From: a virus
Lineage: Duplodnaviria; Caudoviricetes
DNA length: 64,000 nt
Strand: one strand, 5' to 3'
IMG/VR virus record: IMGVR_UViG_3300022555_000043
Coordinates: 11,398-75,397 of that record
This document shows positions 1 through 9,129 of the stretch, in pieces. The notes beneath the pieces are model-generated. The model was not told where the DNA came from and ran no database searches. It saw nothing but the letters and a program-made list of their open reading frames with translations. Each line of letters begins with the position of its first letter. The stretch's first letter is position 1. A program made the translations under genes and the position numbers.

Positions 1-2
1 AG

Positions 3-95
3 CGCGATGGAAGCTACTACGGGAACAAAGAGTATTACATACATAGGGACAAGAAAATACGCAACGCCCTGAATATGGAGGCGAGGGATGAGTAA
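3..95 (+). CDS. 3' end of a hypothetical protein truncated by the window edge
   Basis: Open frame RDGSYYGNKEYYIHRDKKIRNALNMEARDE-stop, overlapping the ATG at 88 as seen in coupled phage genes. Confidence 0.35.
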   Translation, partial: RDGSYYGNKEYYIHRDKKIRNALNMEARDE

Positions 96-528
96 TGAAC
101 TGCTGATGGAAGCGAAGGAAGCCCTGACAAGGGCGCACGATCATTTGATTTGGTTGACATCGAAGCTCCCCATGCAGTATTTCGGGTTGGTTGACCCCGA
201 CATTGTGCAGGAGTGCGCCTACATGATCGACCGCATCGACGCCCGCCTTGCCGAGCCGCAGGACGGGGCGATGGAACTGGTCGGAAAAATACGCGATGCC
301 CGACTCGTGTCGACAAGAGATAAATCATACCGACGATTCGTCCTCACCGACTCCGAAGCCGCCGCGCTGATTGAGGCGCGGGACAGGACGGTGCCGAGGG
401 CGATGCTGGAAGAAGTTTACTGCGAAGGCTATGCGGTTGGATACATTCAGCCCATGCGAAGCACGAAATCGCAAGACATCGATCGAATCGCCGCCAAGTA
501 CCGCGTCAAAGTGGAGGCCACGAAATGA
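88..528 (+). CDS. hypothetical phage protein
   Basis: 146-aa ORF, GGAGG upstream, ATGA overlap with the next gene. Confidence 0.7.
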   Translation: MSNELLMEAKEALTRAHDHLIWLTSKLPMQYFGLVDPDIVQECAYMIDRIDARLAEPQDGAMELVGKIRDARLVSTRDKSYRRFVLTDSEAAALIEARDRTVPRAMLEEVYCEGYAVGYIQPMRSTKSQDIDRIAAKYRVKVEATK

Positions 529-815
529 AAGAGACGGCGAGGGAGTTTGCGAAGATTCTAATTGACCCACGATTCGATGAAAGCACGAAGGATTGGGAGC
601 AGTTGGGCGGGGAGTTTGCGCTAGGTAAAAAAGTAAGGCTTAGTAACATCGAAAAAGCCGCCCGAAAGATCGAGGCCCGCGACCGCGAGACGCTCAAGGA
701 GGCGGCGGATATTGCCGTAAAAGACTGCGAAGATGCGTGCAAGGTCTGCGGAATATTGAACTGTGGCGACTGTCAGGGATGTGCGAAGCTTCGCGCCGCC
801 ATCATGAAGGAGTGA
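525..815 (+). CDS. hypothetical phage protein with Cys-rich C-terminus
   Basis: 96-aa ORF, coupled to the upstream gene; CEDACKVCGILNCGDCQGC. Confidence 0.7.
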   Translation: MKETAREFAKILIDPRFDESTKDWEQLGGEFALGKKVRLSNIEKAARKIEARDRETLKEAADIAVKDCEDACKVCGILNCGDCQGCAKLRAAIMKE

Positions 816-818
816 AGG

Positions 819-1073
819 ATGCCAGAACTTAGCAAGATAGATATTGCCCTTGAGCAAGTCGATGCTTTTTTATCAGACAATCTACAGAGCATTGACCACA
901 TACCAGATTCGAGCCTTGAACTACTTGCCAACGAAGTACGAGCCAGCCGCGCCCTGCTTGCCCAGTGCAGGCGGGCGCTGGAAGCGGTCTGCGACATACG
1001 TATCTCATCCGAAAAATCGAGTGAACTTATCTACGAAGCCATAGCCGCCCTGAACGCGGCGGGGGTGAAGTAA
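819..1073 (+). CDS. hypothetical phage protein
   Basis: 84-aa ORF in the co-oriented run. Confidence 0.65.
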   Translation: MPELSKIDIALEQVDAFLSDNLQSIDHIPDSSLELLANEVRASRALLAQCRRALEAVCDIRISSEKSSELIYEAIAALNAAGVK

Positions 1074-1193
1074 ATGGAATCTGCTATTTTGTTTGAAGTT
1101 GTCACGGTGGCCATTATTTGTACCCTTGGAACATTGGGTATTTGGATGTGCTGGAACGAACTGCACAAGATGAACGGTAGGAGGAAGCCATGA
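1074..1193 (+). CDS. small single-TM protein (39 aa)
   Basis: Hand translation MESAILFEVVTVAIICTLGTLGIWMCWNELHKMNGRRKP; fills the gap exactly and has an ATGA overlap with 1190. Confidence 0.6.
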   Translation: MESAILFEVVTVAIICTLGTLGIWMCWNELHKMNGRRKP

Positions 1194-1516
1194 CTGAACT
1201 CGATGAGGCGAAGACAGTATTAGCTTGCTTAAAAGCACAGGGTGGTTGTGTGACGGTTGAAGTAGGAGACAACATTTTCAAACTATCCAAGTGCTGTGAA
1301 ACCATCCTATCCGCCCTTGAAGCATCCGAGGCGCGGTGCAAGGAACTGGAAGCGGCAGGGAACGTGTTGCGACGTACACATCTGAGAGACGACGCAAAAA
1401 TGATAGGGGCTGAAATGGCGTGGGACGCACTTACCCGTAATGAAGCCGATATCAAAGAGGTGCCCCATGCTACAGGAATTGAGTACATACAAGAGCAGAT
1501 ATATTTTGCGGAATAA
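1190..1516 (+). CDS. hypothetical phage protein
   Basis: 108-aa ORF, GGAGG upstream. Confidence 0.65.
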   Translation: MTELDEAKTVLACLKAQGGCVTVEVGDNIFKLSKCCETILSALEASEARCKELEAAGNVLRRTHLRDDAKMIGAEMAWDALTRNEADIKEVPHATGIEYIQEQIYFAE

Positions 1517-1527
1517 GGAGAATTCAA

Positions 1528-1980
1528 ATGAAATTTCGAATCTATTTTGTGTTACTGCTATCTTTATTCATATGCTCATCATCGTTGTACAAAGCCCCAC
1601 CCCCCAAGGTATTGACTGTCTACGAGAAGGCTGAACTGGTAACCGGGGCACCTGCTAAACTTTTACAGGCAATTGCCATTACAGAGTCGGATGAGCAGGA
1701 TACTGCTATTGGGGATGGGGGCAAGAGCAGGGGTAGGATGCAGCTTAATGAAAGGTTCAGGGCTGAACGGGTCAAGAAGTACGGAAATTACGATCCGAAC
1801 GATCCTGAGCAATCTGTGAGGGTTGCTGGTTTCATTTACATGGAGAATCTAAGGATTTTGAAGTCTCAGGATGCGGCAATCGCGGCTTACAGGCAGGGTA
1901 TACGTGGTATACGTAAATATGGAAGCACATCTTGGTACGTAAACCATGTCAAGCAACACATGGAGGAATTGGATGGGTGA
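1528..1980 (+). CDS. lytic transglycosylase (SLT family) with N-terminal signal/anchor
   Basis: Catalytic AIAITES, GRMQL and AIAAYRQG (AYNAG-like) motifs; hydrophobic N-terminus. Confidence 0.85.
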   Translation: MKFRIYFVLLLSLFICSSSLYKAPPPKVLTVYEKAELVTGAPAKLLQAIAITESDEQDTAIGDGGKSRGRMQLNERFRAERVKKYGNYDPNDPEQSVRVAGFIYMENLRILKSQDAAIAAYRQGIRGIRKYGSTSWYVNHVKQHMEELDG

Positions 1981-2107
1981 CTATTCTTGGCAGTTGGTGC
2001 TTGGTTGGATTGTTGGTTTGTGGCTTGTGCTTGCAGGTTTGTTGCTTTTTATGAATTATAAGCTTCATACACCACCGAAAAAGCTTGACAAAACAAAGGA
2101 TAAATGA
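1973..2107 (+). CDS. small single-TM protein (44 aa)
   Basis: Hand translation MGDYSWQLVLGWIVGLWLVLAGLLLFMNYKLHTPPKKLDKTKDK; GGAGG at 1962-1966. Confidence 0.6.
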   Translation: MGDYSWQLVLGWIVGLWLVLAGLLLFMNYKLHTPPKKLDKTKDK

Positions 2108-2114
2108 TTATAGT
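2085..2114 (+). promoter_or_regulatory. sigma70-type promoter
   Basis: TTGACA-N18-TATAGT upstream of 2138. Confidence 0.65.
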
Positions 2115-2137
2115 ATAGCATCTATGCGGAGGCATCA

Positions 2138-2629
2138 ATGTTCAAAAAAGGTGATTACGTCTATTGGGCGATGAAGATAAAGGGCGGATTGGTTGAAAGG
2201 GCGGGTATTGTCGAAATTGTTGTTCCGGCTTTCACGAACCCCAAACCTTTCATTCCTGCGGATACTTTCTTCACAGGTAAATTCTATGAGCGCAACACGG
2301 TATCCTTCATCGTAGGAATCCCCGGGGTGAAGAGATTCTACTGGCCCCTCTTGGAGTCCCTGCAGCCGCTTCAGAAAGATCAGTGGCACATTCTGTACGA
2401 CCAACAAATTTTCAAGACTGGGGAAATACCCGCCTCGGTCAATCAGGATGACCGTATCAAGATACGGAAGACCTGTCAGTTGGTTGCTGGCGCTTTCAAT
2501 GAACGGATATATGAGAACGATAGTTTTATTGTGGTTCCTTCGTGGGGTCGCAGGTTCTGGTTCAAGGTGGCTGATGATGTGGAATTCGTCTATAAGGTCG
2601 AAGATTTCAAACCGATAAAGGGAGTGTGA
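2138..2629 (+). CDS. hypothetical phage protein
   Basis: 163-aa ORF, GGAGG RBS. Confidence 0.7.
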   Translation: MFKKGDYVYWAMKIKGGLVERAGIVEIVVPAFTNPKPFIPADTFFTGKFYERNTVSFIVGIPGVKRFYWPLLESLQPLQKDQWHILYDQQIFKTGEIPASVNQDDRIKIRKTCQLVAGAFNERIYENDSFIVVPSWGRRFWFKVADDVEFVYKVEDFKPIKGV

Positions 2630-2630
2630 C

Positions 2631-2930
2631 ATGGCATATCCAGTAAAGGCAGAAAAGGATTTTGAACATCTCATCCACCAGCAATTTGGAGAGCTTGGGA
2701 TGAATGGGAAGTGGGTCAAGGAACTGAATATCATCGAATGGGGGTTCACCAATGAACCTAAGTTTGATATTCATAGTTGGGACTCCACTTCAGATTATAC
2801 AAGATCGGCTAAAGGTTTGACGTTTACCCTTGACGAGATGAGGGCTTTGAAGAGTATATTAGAGCATGTAGACTTGGATGACTTCGTGATGCCTGATAAG
2901 AAGTTGATTCCTAAGTTTGAAGTGGTGTAA
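2631..2930 (+). CDS. PC4/YdbC-like ssDNA-binding protein
   Basis: KELNIIEW...PKFDIHSW...KGLTFTLDEMRAL matches the YdbC/PC4 pattern. Confidence 0.75.
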   Translation: MAYPVKAEKDFEHLIHQQFGELGMNGKWVKELNIIEWGFTNEPKFDIHSWDSTSDYTRSAKGLTFTLDEMRALKSILEHVDLDDFVMPDKKLIPKFEVV

Positions 2931-2940
2931 GGAGACTTAA

Positions 2941-3552
2941 ATGGAAGAATTCAAAGAGTTCGGAAAAATTGCCCGCATGTCTAGGAATATGGTGATTACC
3001 GAAAAGATTGATGGGACGAATGCTCAGATTTACATCAAAACGTTGGAAGGTTTACCCGAAGATGATCTGAATTGCCTTGTTCAGAAAGATGGTCTTGCTA
3101 TGTTTGCAGGGTCAAGAAATAGGTGGATCACCCCTGAAGCAGACAATATGGGTTTCGCTAGATGGGCCAGAGAACATGCAGAAGAATTATTCCTGCTTGG
3201 TGAGGGTAGACATTTTGGGGAGTGGTGGGGGAGGGGAATTCAAAAGAGATACTCCCAAACGGAAACTGAAAAGCATTTTAGTCTATTCAATACCAAGAAG
3301 TGGCTTACGGATTTCGACAATACTAAGCCTTTGTGCCCTAGTTGTTGTCGGGTAGTGCCTGTATTGTATCGAGGTCTGTTTAACACACAAAAGATGCAGG
3401 ACATTATGGATTGGCTACTTCTCGCAGGTTCTGCAGCTTCCACGGGTTGTCATAATCCTGAAGGTGTAGTAATTTATCATGAAGCCCGGGACTGCTTCTT
3501 CAAGAAGACCTATGAGAATGATGCAGGAAAGTGGGCGGAAAAAGAAGTTTGA
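2941..3552 (+). CDS. RNA ligase (Rnl2-like nucleotidyltransferase)
   Basis: Motif I TEKIDGTN, plus FGEWWG, FSLFN and EGVV, and a terminal FKK. Confidence 0.8.
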   Translation: MEEFKEFGKIARMSRNMVITEKIDGTNAQIYIKTLEGLPEDDLNCLVQKDGLAMFAGSRNRWITPEADNMGFARWAREHAEELFLLGEGRHFGEWWGRGIQKRYSQTETEKHFSLFNTKKWLTDFDNTKPLCPSCCRVVPVLYRGLFNTQKMQDIMDWLLLAGSAASTGCHNPEGVVIYHEARDCFFKKTYENDAGKWAEKEV

Positions 3553-3557
3553 TATAC

Positions 3558-3639
3558 GCCAAGGTGGGATAATTACGAACTAGCAGAGTTTACGGACTCA
3601 AAATCCGTTCCCTTGAGGGTGCAACTCCCTTCCTTGGCA
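3558..3639 (+). tRNA. atypical or degenerate tRNA-Leu(CAA)
   Basis: Acceptor GCCAAGG/CCTTGGC+A; anticodon stem ACGGA-CTCAAAA-TCCGT; T stem GAGGG-TGCAACT-CCCTT; non-canonical D region. Confidence 0.6.
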
Positions 3640-3677
3640 GATTGTGCAGTTTGGCAGGTATTGTAAGTAAGAATTTC

Positions 3678-3748
3678 CGGGGTGTCTTCTAGTGGTAGGA
3701 AAACAGGTTTTGATCCTGTCAACAGTGGTTCAATCCCACTCGCCCTGA
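3678..3748 (+). tRNA. tRNA-Gln(TTG)
   Basis: Full cloverleaf: acceptor CGGGGTG/CGCCCTG, D arm TTCT-AGTGGT-AGGA, anticodon ACAGG-TTTTGAT-CCTGT, T arm AGTGG-TTCAATC-CCACT; no encoded CCA. Confidence 0.9.
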
Positions 3749-3770
3749 GTATCGCATTTTTCAAAGGAGA

Positions 3771-4304
3771 ATGAAAATGGGAATGATCATCAAGTACGTT
3801 TACAGCAAAAGTAAGCGCACACTGGTACGGAAGGCGAAGGGTAATCTGCTGACCACCAAGATTACTTTGGGTACTATGGAAGCGCAGATAGAATGCAAGC
3901 TCAACACCAAGGAGCGTGTATGGGAAACCTATGCTCCTGACCTTATTGGGGTTGTCGTGGCTATCGGCCCGGACAAGATCGGTTGGTCGAAGGTCAATGA
4001 ATCGGAACCCAAGAAAGTGACAGTGATGACTTATGGTGTAGACGCTGCTGGGCAGCATGTTTTAGTTCCTGTCATGACTAAGGTTTACGATAATAAAATA
4101 GACCTTATTCGTGAGGTTCCTCTGGAATATACTCCCGATATTGCCCCCGACAGATTCAACAAGAGAAGGGGCGTGAAGCTGGCTATTGAACGTGCCCAGA
4201 GTGGGAATATTGGCTTGATCCCCAAGAAACTCAAGACAGACTACGATTGGGTGGTTGCGCAGGCCCAGAGGAAGGTTTGGGCCAAGGATGCACAAAATGC
4301 CTGA
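3771..4304 (+). CDS. hypothetical phage protein
   Basis: 177-aa ORF, AGGAG RBS. Confidence 0.7.
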   Translation: MKMGMIIKYVYSKSKRTLVRKAKGNLLTTKITLGTMEAQIECKLNTKERVWETYAPDLIGVVVAIGPDKIGWSKVNESEPKKVTVMTYGVDAAGQHVLVPVMTKVYDNKIDLIREVPLEYTPDIAPDRFNKRRGVKLAIERAQSGNIGLIPKKLKTDYDWVVAQAQRKVWAKDAQNA

Positions 4305-4608
4305 GTTCACCGACGACCTCAACTTGGTGATCTTAGAAGGCGAGATAGCCTACGATCCACAGGTTCAAATTCGCAATGGAAAGACAGCTTACAACTTCGT
4401 TGTGATCCAGCGAACCCATTCAGCCAGTTTCAAATACCCTGTAGTCTATTGGGAATTCCCCGATAGCACCCCATACATCAAGGAAAATCTGATAAGGGGG
4501 CGGGTTGTTCGTATTCGCGGTCACCTGCAGTCTGGTTCGGAAGAACTTCCTGAAAAGGTGGTGGTTACCTGTAAGGTTTGTGTGGATGCAATTGTATTTG
4601 CCCAATGA
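4297..4608 (+). CDS. SSB-like OB-fold protein lacking an acidic tail
   Basis: NLVILEGEIAYDP...RGRVVRIRGHLQS resembles the bacterial SSB N-terminal OB fold; start reassigned to ATG 4297. Confidence 0.6.
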   Translation: MPEFTDDLNLVILEGEIAYDPQVQIRNGKTAYNFVVIQRTHSASFKYPVVYWEFPDSTPYIKENLIRGRVVRIRGHLQSGSEELPEKVVVTCKVCVDAIVFAQ

Positions 4609-4650
4609 TCATATTTATTTTTGCAGTCATATCTTTTGTAGATATGTGGA

Positions 4651-5550
4651 TTGAAACGCACAATGAATACATTAGCGATACTTAAAGACTATGGTATCCC
4701 GTTATCTCTTGGCGGGAAGAACGTTGGCCGAGGATGGATAGGAGTAAATTGCCCCTTCTGTGGAGATTCATCGTTCCACGGGGGCTTTCCTATCTCCGGG
4801 ATACCAGCCTTTACATGTTTCAAATGTGGGGGACATCCATTCAGGGAAACGCTCAAGGAATTGCTTGATGTTGGTTGGGGTGAATTCAACCAGATCATGG
4901 ATGGGTACATTGACCCCGATAGCTATGTTCGGGTAGAGAAGAAGGAAGCTAAGGCTGAATCCATCACTCTACCCGGGGATGAAGCCTTAAACGTAATTTC
5001 AATCGCTTATCTGAAAAAGCGAGGGTTTGATCCAGTATACCTGCAGCAGAAATATCACATCAGGGCTACCGGAATGGAAGGTTTTTACAAATATCGTATC
5101 ATCATCCCTATTTATTTCGAAGGAAGAGTAGTAAGTTTCACAGGACGGGATTACACGGGGCAGCAGGAAGAACGGTACAAGACCCTGAAGATTGAAGAGT
5201 CGGTTGTTAATGCCAAGCATGTCTTGTATAATGAACAGTTTGTGCGGGATGATCGAATCATAGTGGTAGAAGGCCCGACTGATGCTTGGCGATTGGGTGA
5301 TGGAGTAGTCGCTACACTGGGAACGAAAGTATCTGAGCAGCAGGTTCGGAAGATTGCCCAGTACCAGACACGGTTCCTTGTGTTCGACCCGGAAGTGGAA
5401 GCGCAGGAAAGAGCACAGAAGCTTTCTGATCGGATCAGTGCTATGGGTGGTGCAGTCACTATCGTGGATACGGAACTTGATCATGACCCGGGTGATATGA
5501 CCGAAGAAGAAGTTCGGTGGTTGAGAAAAGAATTAGGATTCAAGGAGTAG
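4651..5550 (+). CDS. DNA primase (Zn finger + TOPRIM)
   Basis: CPFC...CFKC zinc finger; VEGPTDA and DPGD TOPRIM motifs. Confidence 0.9.
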   Translation: MKRTMNTLAILKDYGIPLSLGGKNVGRGWIGVNCPFCGDSSFHGGFPISGIPAFTCFKCGGHPFRETLKELLDVGWGEFNQIMDGYIDPDSYVRVEKKEAKAESITLPGDEALNVISIAYLKKRGFDPVYLQQKYHIRATGMEGFYKYRIIIPIYFEGRVVSFTGRDYTGQQEERYKTLKIEESVVNAKHVLYNEQFVRDDRIIVVEGPTDAWRLGDGVVATLGTKVSEQQVRKIAQYQTRFLVFDPEVEAQERAQKLSDRISAMGGAVTIVDTELDHDPGDMTEEEVRWLRKELGFKE

Positions 5551-5553
5551 AGC

Positions 5554-5754
5554 ATGGACAAGCAGAAAGCGAGAATTAAGAACTGGCGTGTTGTGGATAT
5601 TGGCGGTATATTCTGGCTTGAAGGGGATATTTACGGGCATCCTAATACAAGTAGAGTTTCCGAAGGTGGGATGGCACACACTTCCAAATTGCTGAGTATT
5701 GACTTTGAGCATGGAATTGCTGTAACACTGAACACCATTTACACATTGGAGTAA
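5554..5754 (+). CDS. hypothetical phage protein
   Basis: 66-aa ORF, GGAG RBS. Confidence 0.6.
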   Translation: MDKQKARIKNWRVVDIGGIFWLEGDIYGHPNTSRVSEGGMAHTSKLLSIDFEHGIAVTLNTIYTLE

Positions 5755-5756
5755 TC

Positions 5757-5948
5757 ATGAAGCCAAGGGATATTCCCCCGGGTAAGACTTGTCGATTCAA
5801 TATCGACGAGGAATGTGTACACTATATTGCGTATGCTGATCCAAGCAAGGGATTATGTCTGAAGCTGATGAAACCTATAGTGGACTGCACAAAACTCTGT
5901 GGGATCAATACAGAGGAAGTTGTCCCTTGTGAACTGTGTGCATCATAG
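5757..5948 (+). CDS. small Cys-rich hypothetical protein
   Basis: 63-aa ORF tightly packed between its neighbours. Confidence 0.55.
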   Translation: MKPRDIPPGKTCRFNIDEECVHYIAYADPSKGLCLKLMKPIVDCTKLCGINTEEVVPCELCAS

Positions 5949-7493
5949 ATGAAAACATTTGAAATAATTGGTGACCACATCCACATAAAATTCTCAGGTG
6001 GGAAGGACTTCCCCGCTATGCTGGCGCTCATGAAGACACTGGAAGGGCGTTGGTTTGATGGGGTGAATAAGCAATGGGTCGCCAAGAATACATCCCAGAA
6101 TGTCCTCTATCTCATTAACAATTCCTTTGTGTCTACCAGTAGTGAGCCTTTATTGGTTCCAGTAAGGGCTGTTCCACCGATTACCCCTACTCCACAGGCT
6201 CCCATCAACGAAGTTTTACTGCCCAAGGGGATTCGTGACTATCAACGGATAGGTGTGCAATTCCTTGAAGCCAGAAACGGAAATGGGATCGTCGCAGATG
6301 CCCCCCGCTTGGGTAAATCACTGCAGGCTTTAGGCTATTGTATGCAGCATCCTGATCAGACTAAGCACCTGATTATATGCCCTTCGAATGTAAAGATTGT
6401 TTGGCGCGATGAAGTGGAGAAGTGGCTACATGAGAAAGCTGTGATATTGGACAGCCGCACACCCTATGATCTTAGAGATACCCCTTCAAAGTTCTTCATA
6501 ATCAATTATGATATTCTCGCTGATTGGCATCCTTCCTTGATGAAAATCAAATCAGATGTAATCATATGCGATGAGTTCCATTATCTAGGGAACACAACGA
6601 GGTATGACCCCAAAGAACACAAGAAGGTAACCGTTCAACGTAATGGAGCATTCCGTAGCCTTGCTAAAAAATCCCCTCATAACATTCTATTAAGTGGAAC
6701 CCCCTTACGATCTAATCCATTGCAGTTCTATGTTCCGCTTCATGTTGTCGCTCCTGAAGTATTCCCGCAGCAATGGGGATATAAGCAGGAATTTTGTGGC
6801 CCGAAGATGACCAACTATGGGTGGTCTTTTTCAGGGGCTTCAAACATCGAGTTGCTCTATTCCTTGGTATCCCCATACATGATTCGAAGACGGAAAGAAG
6901 ATGTCATAAAAGACCTGCCATTGAAGCAACGAATTATTGTCGCTATGGAGAATCGAGCTGATCCTGTGAAAGAATTGCAGGACAAGATAAGTTGGATCAG
7001 GGATTATCTGGAAGAAGAAGCCAAGTTGGTGGTATTCGCGTGGAACCGAGATGTCTGTGAAGCCGTATACCAAGCCTTTAAGAAAGAAGCTGTGCTTATA
7101 TATGGTGGAATCACGGCAACCAAGCGCGACCAATTAAAGAAATCCTTTATGAACGATCCAAAGATAAAACTCTATGTTGGGCAAGTCATCAGTTCGAACG
7201 TGGGTATTGACTTATCCGTATCAGATACAGTAGTTTTCGTCCAGTTGCCTTTCAATCCCGGGGATGCCGAGCAAGCGGAAGAACGGGTATTCCTTCCCGG
7301 GGATGGCAAAGAGCGAATCACGATCTACTATTTGATCACTGCAGGCACCAAGGAAGAGGATGCCGCTTTGCGCATCGAGACTAAGGGGGAAGTTGTAAGC
7401 AAGGTAATAGATGGAAAGGCACCGGAAAAGATGTTTGGTGGCAAAGATTTCTTGACCGCTATGGCAACAGAAACCCATAAAGGAAAAATATGA
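5949..7493 (+). CDS. SNF2-family (SF2) helicase
   Basis: ADAPRLGKS, ICPSNVK, DEFH, LSGTP and QAEERV motifs. Confidence 0.9.
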   Translation: MKTFEIIGDHIHIKFSGGKDFPAMLALMKTLEGRWFDGVNKQWVAKNTSQNVLYLINNSFVSTSSEPLLVPVRAVPPITPTPQAPINEVLLPKGIRDYQRIGVQFLEARNGNGIVADAPRLGKSLQALGYCMQHPDQTKHLIICPSNVKIVWRDEVEKWLHEKAVILDSRTPYDLRDTPSKFFIINYDILADWHPSLMKIKSDVIICDEFHYLGNTTRYDPKEHKKVTVQRNGAFRSLAKKSPHNILLSGTPLRSNPLQFYVPLHVVAPEVFPQQWGYKQEFCGPKMTNYGWSFSGASNIELLYSLVSPYMIRRRKEDVIKDLPLKQRIIVAMENRADPVKELQDKISWIRDYLEEEAKLVVFAWNRDVCEAVYQAFKKEAVLIYGGITATKRDQLKKSFMNDPKIKLYVGQVISSNVGIDLSVSDTVVFVQLPFNPGDAEQAEERVFLPGDGKERITIYYLITAGTKEEDAALRIETKGEVVSKVIDGKAPEKMFGGKDFLTAMATETHKGKI

Positions 7494-8908
7494 AACAGAC
7501 ACATGTATCGCTGGATCAGGAACGGAACCTTATCATAAATTTGATCACCAACACGCAATTCTGTACACGTATTGTTCCTATTCTGCAGCCGAAACAGTTG
7601 AAAAGCAAGTATGGGAAGATTGTAGCTCAATGGATCATCGAATACTTCAATGAATATAAAACGGCTCCCAACGAATTGATCCAGAACATTTATAATGAAC
7701 GTAAGAATTCTATCCTCGATGATGAGGTGGGCCTGTCAGTTCAGGAGTTCTTGATTTCCCTGTCTGAAGAAAGCGATAAGCAGCCGCTTCGAAATGTCGA
7801 GTATGTTGAGAAACAGGCAGAGACATACCTGAAAATACGTTCCTTGGAATTGCACGAGGAAGAGATAAAGGCGGCTATTGTAGCAAATGATCCAATCAGG
7901 GGTGAAGCCGCAATCAGCAATTATAATAGGGTTGGGATGCCCAATGACGAAAGCGTTTCCATTATGGAAGATAAGGGAATGATTATCGACAGTTTCATTC
8001 AGGAGAATGAATACCTGTTCACATTCCGAGGGGCTTTGGACACCACTATTGGAAAACCTATGCGGGGAGATTTGTTTACCTATCTGGGAAAGCCCAAGGG
8101 TAAGAAGTCATTTGCCTTACAGTTCACTGCAGAAGAGGCAGCCTATGGGGGTAACAACGTCACCTTCGTGAGTCTGGAAATGCGCCGACCACAGTTGCTT
8201 CGAAGAGCATGGACAAGTTTGAATGGGCGCTCCCTCTACGATAGGGAAGTGGACATTCCGTACTTTGACCAGTCGGTGCGTGGGGCCACTCCCAAAGATG
8301 ATATGTTTACTGTAGAAAGAAAAGTTCAGACCATCAAGGGGTTGGATTTGATGGATATAGACAAATTCCAGATAGCCCAACAGCGGTTGGCAAATGGTGG
8401 GGGTATCCGCTATGTCACCTTCCCCGCATACTCTGCCACTGTAGAAGATATCATTGCCTACTTGGATGTTCTGGAACATTTCGACGGATACCTGACCGAT
8501 GTGTTGGTGGTAGATTATGCAGACCTTATCAGGCCGGGAAAGAATGCCGGGAATGAGTATAGGCACCAGATAGATTATATCTGGAAGTCCCTTAGAGCAT
8601 TGGCACAGGCAAGAAACATTCTTGTAGTGACCGCTTCCCAGACTAACCGGGATGGGTTGACCGGAGATATTCAGTTGGAGAATGTGGCTGAGGATGTGCG
8701 CAAACTTACCCATGTATCAATCTTGGTAGCCTTGAATCAGAACAAGGCTGAGAAGATGGCGGGGGTTATGAGGCTTTGTACGTTACTCAAGCGGGATGAT
8801 GAAACGGGCTTTGATGACGAGGCTGTGGTTCTACAGCAGTTGGCGATAGGTAAGTTTTATTTGGATAGTAAGCTTGTAAGAAATGTAGAAAGGATTGACG
8901 ATCATTGA
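7490..8908 (+). CDS. replicative DnaB/gp41-like helicase
   Basis: GKPKGKKS (Walker A), VSLEM, VVDYADLI and TASQTNR motifs. Confidence 0.88.
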   Translation: MKQTHVSLDQERNLIINLITNTQFCTRIVPILQPKQLKSKYGKIVAQWIIEYFNEYKTAPNELIQNIYNERKNSILDDEVGLSVQEFLISLSEESDKQPLRNVEYVEKQAETYLKIRSLELHEEEIKAAIVANDPIRGEAAISNYNRVGMPNDESVSIMEDKGMIIDSFIQENEYLFTFRGALDTTIGKPMRGDLFTYLGKPKGKKSFALQFTAEEAAYGGNNVTFVSLEMRRPQLLRRAWTSLNGRSLYDREVDIPYFDQSVRGATPKDDMFTVERKVQTIKGLDLMDIDKFQIAQQRLANGGGIRYVTFPAYSATVEDIIAYLDVLEHFDGYLTDVLVVDYADLIRPGKNAGNEYRHQIDYIWKSLRALAQARNILVVTASQTNRDGLTGDIQLENVAEDVRKLTHVSILVALNQNKAEKMAGVMRLCTLLKRDDETGFDDEAVVLQQLAIGKFYLDSKLVRNVERIDDH

Positions 8909-8923
8909 GAATAGTAGTATATT
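8895..8923 (+). promoter_or_regulatory. sigma70-type promoter
   Basis: TTGACG-N17-TATATT. Confidence 0.55.
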
Positions 8924-8941
8924 AGAAACAAGGAGAATTAT

Positions 8942-9118
8942 ATGAAGATATTGAAATGGATAGGTTCTTATGCTTATGCTATCTGGTTGGGAGTGGGTAC
9001 GGGTATACTGGGATACCACACGGATAATCCTAAATGGTGGATTATGTGTGTGCCGATGGTACTACTTGTGAGTCTGGCAACTGGTATTGCTCGTCATGAA
9101 GGCCGTAAAAACCGATAA
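8942..9118 (+). CDS. small membrane protein (58 aa)
   Basis: Hand translation MKILKWIGSYAYAIWLGVGTGILGYHTDNPKWWIMCVPMVLLVSLATGIARHEGRKNR; AGGAG RBS. Confidence 0.6.
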   Translation: MKILKWIGSYAYAIWLGVGTGILGYHTDNPKWWIMCVPMVLLVSLATGIARHEGRKNR

Positions 9119-9129
9119 AGAGGTATTGT

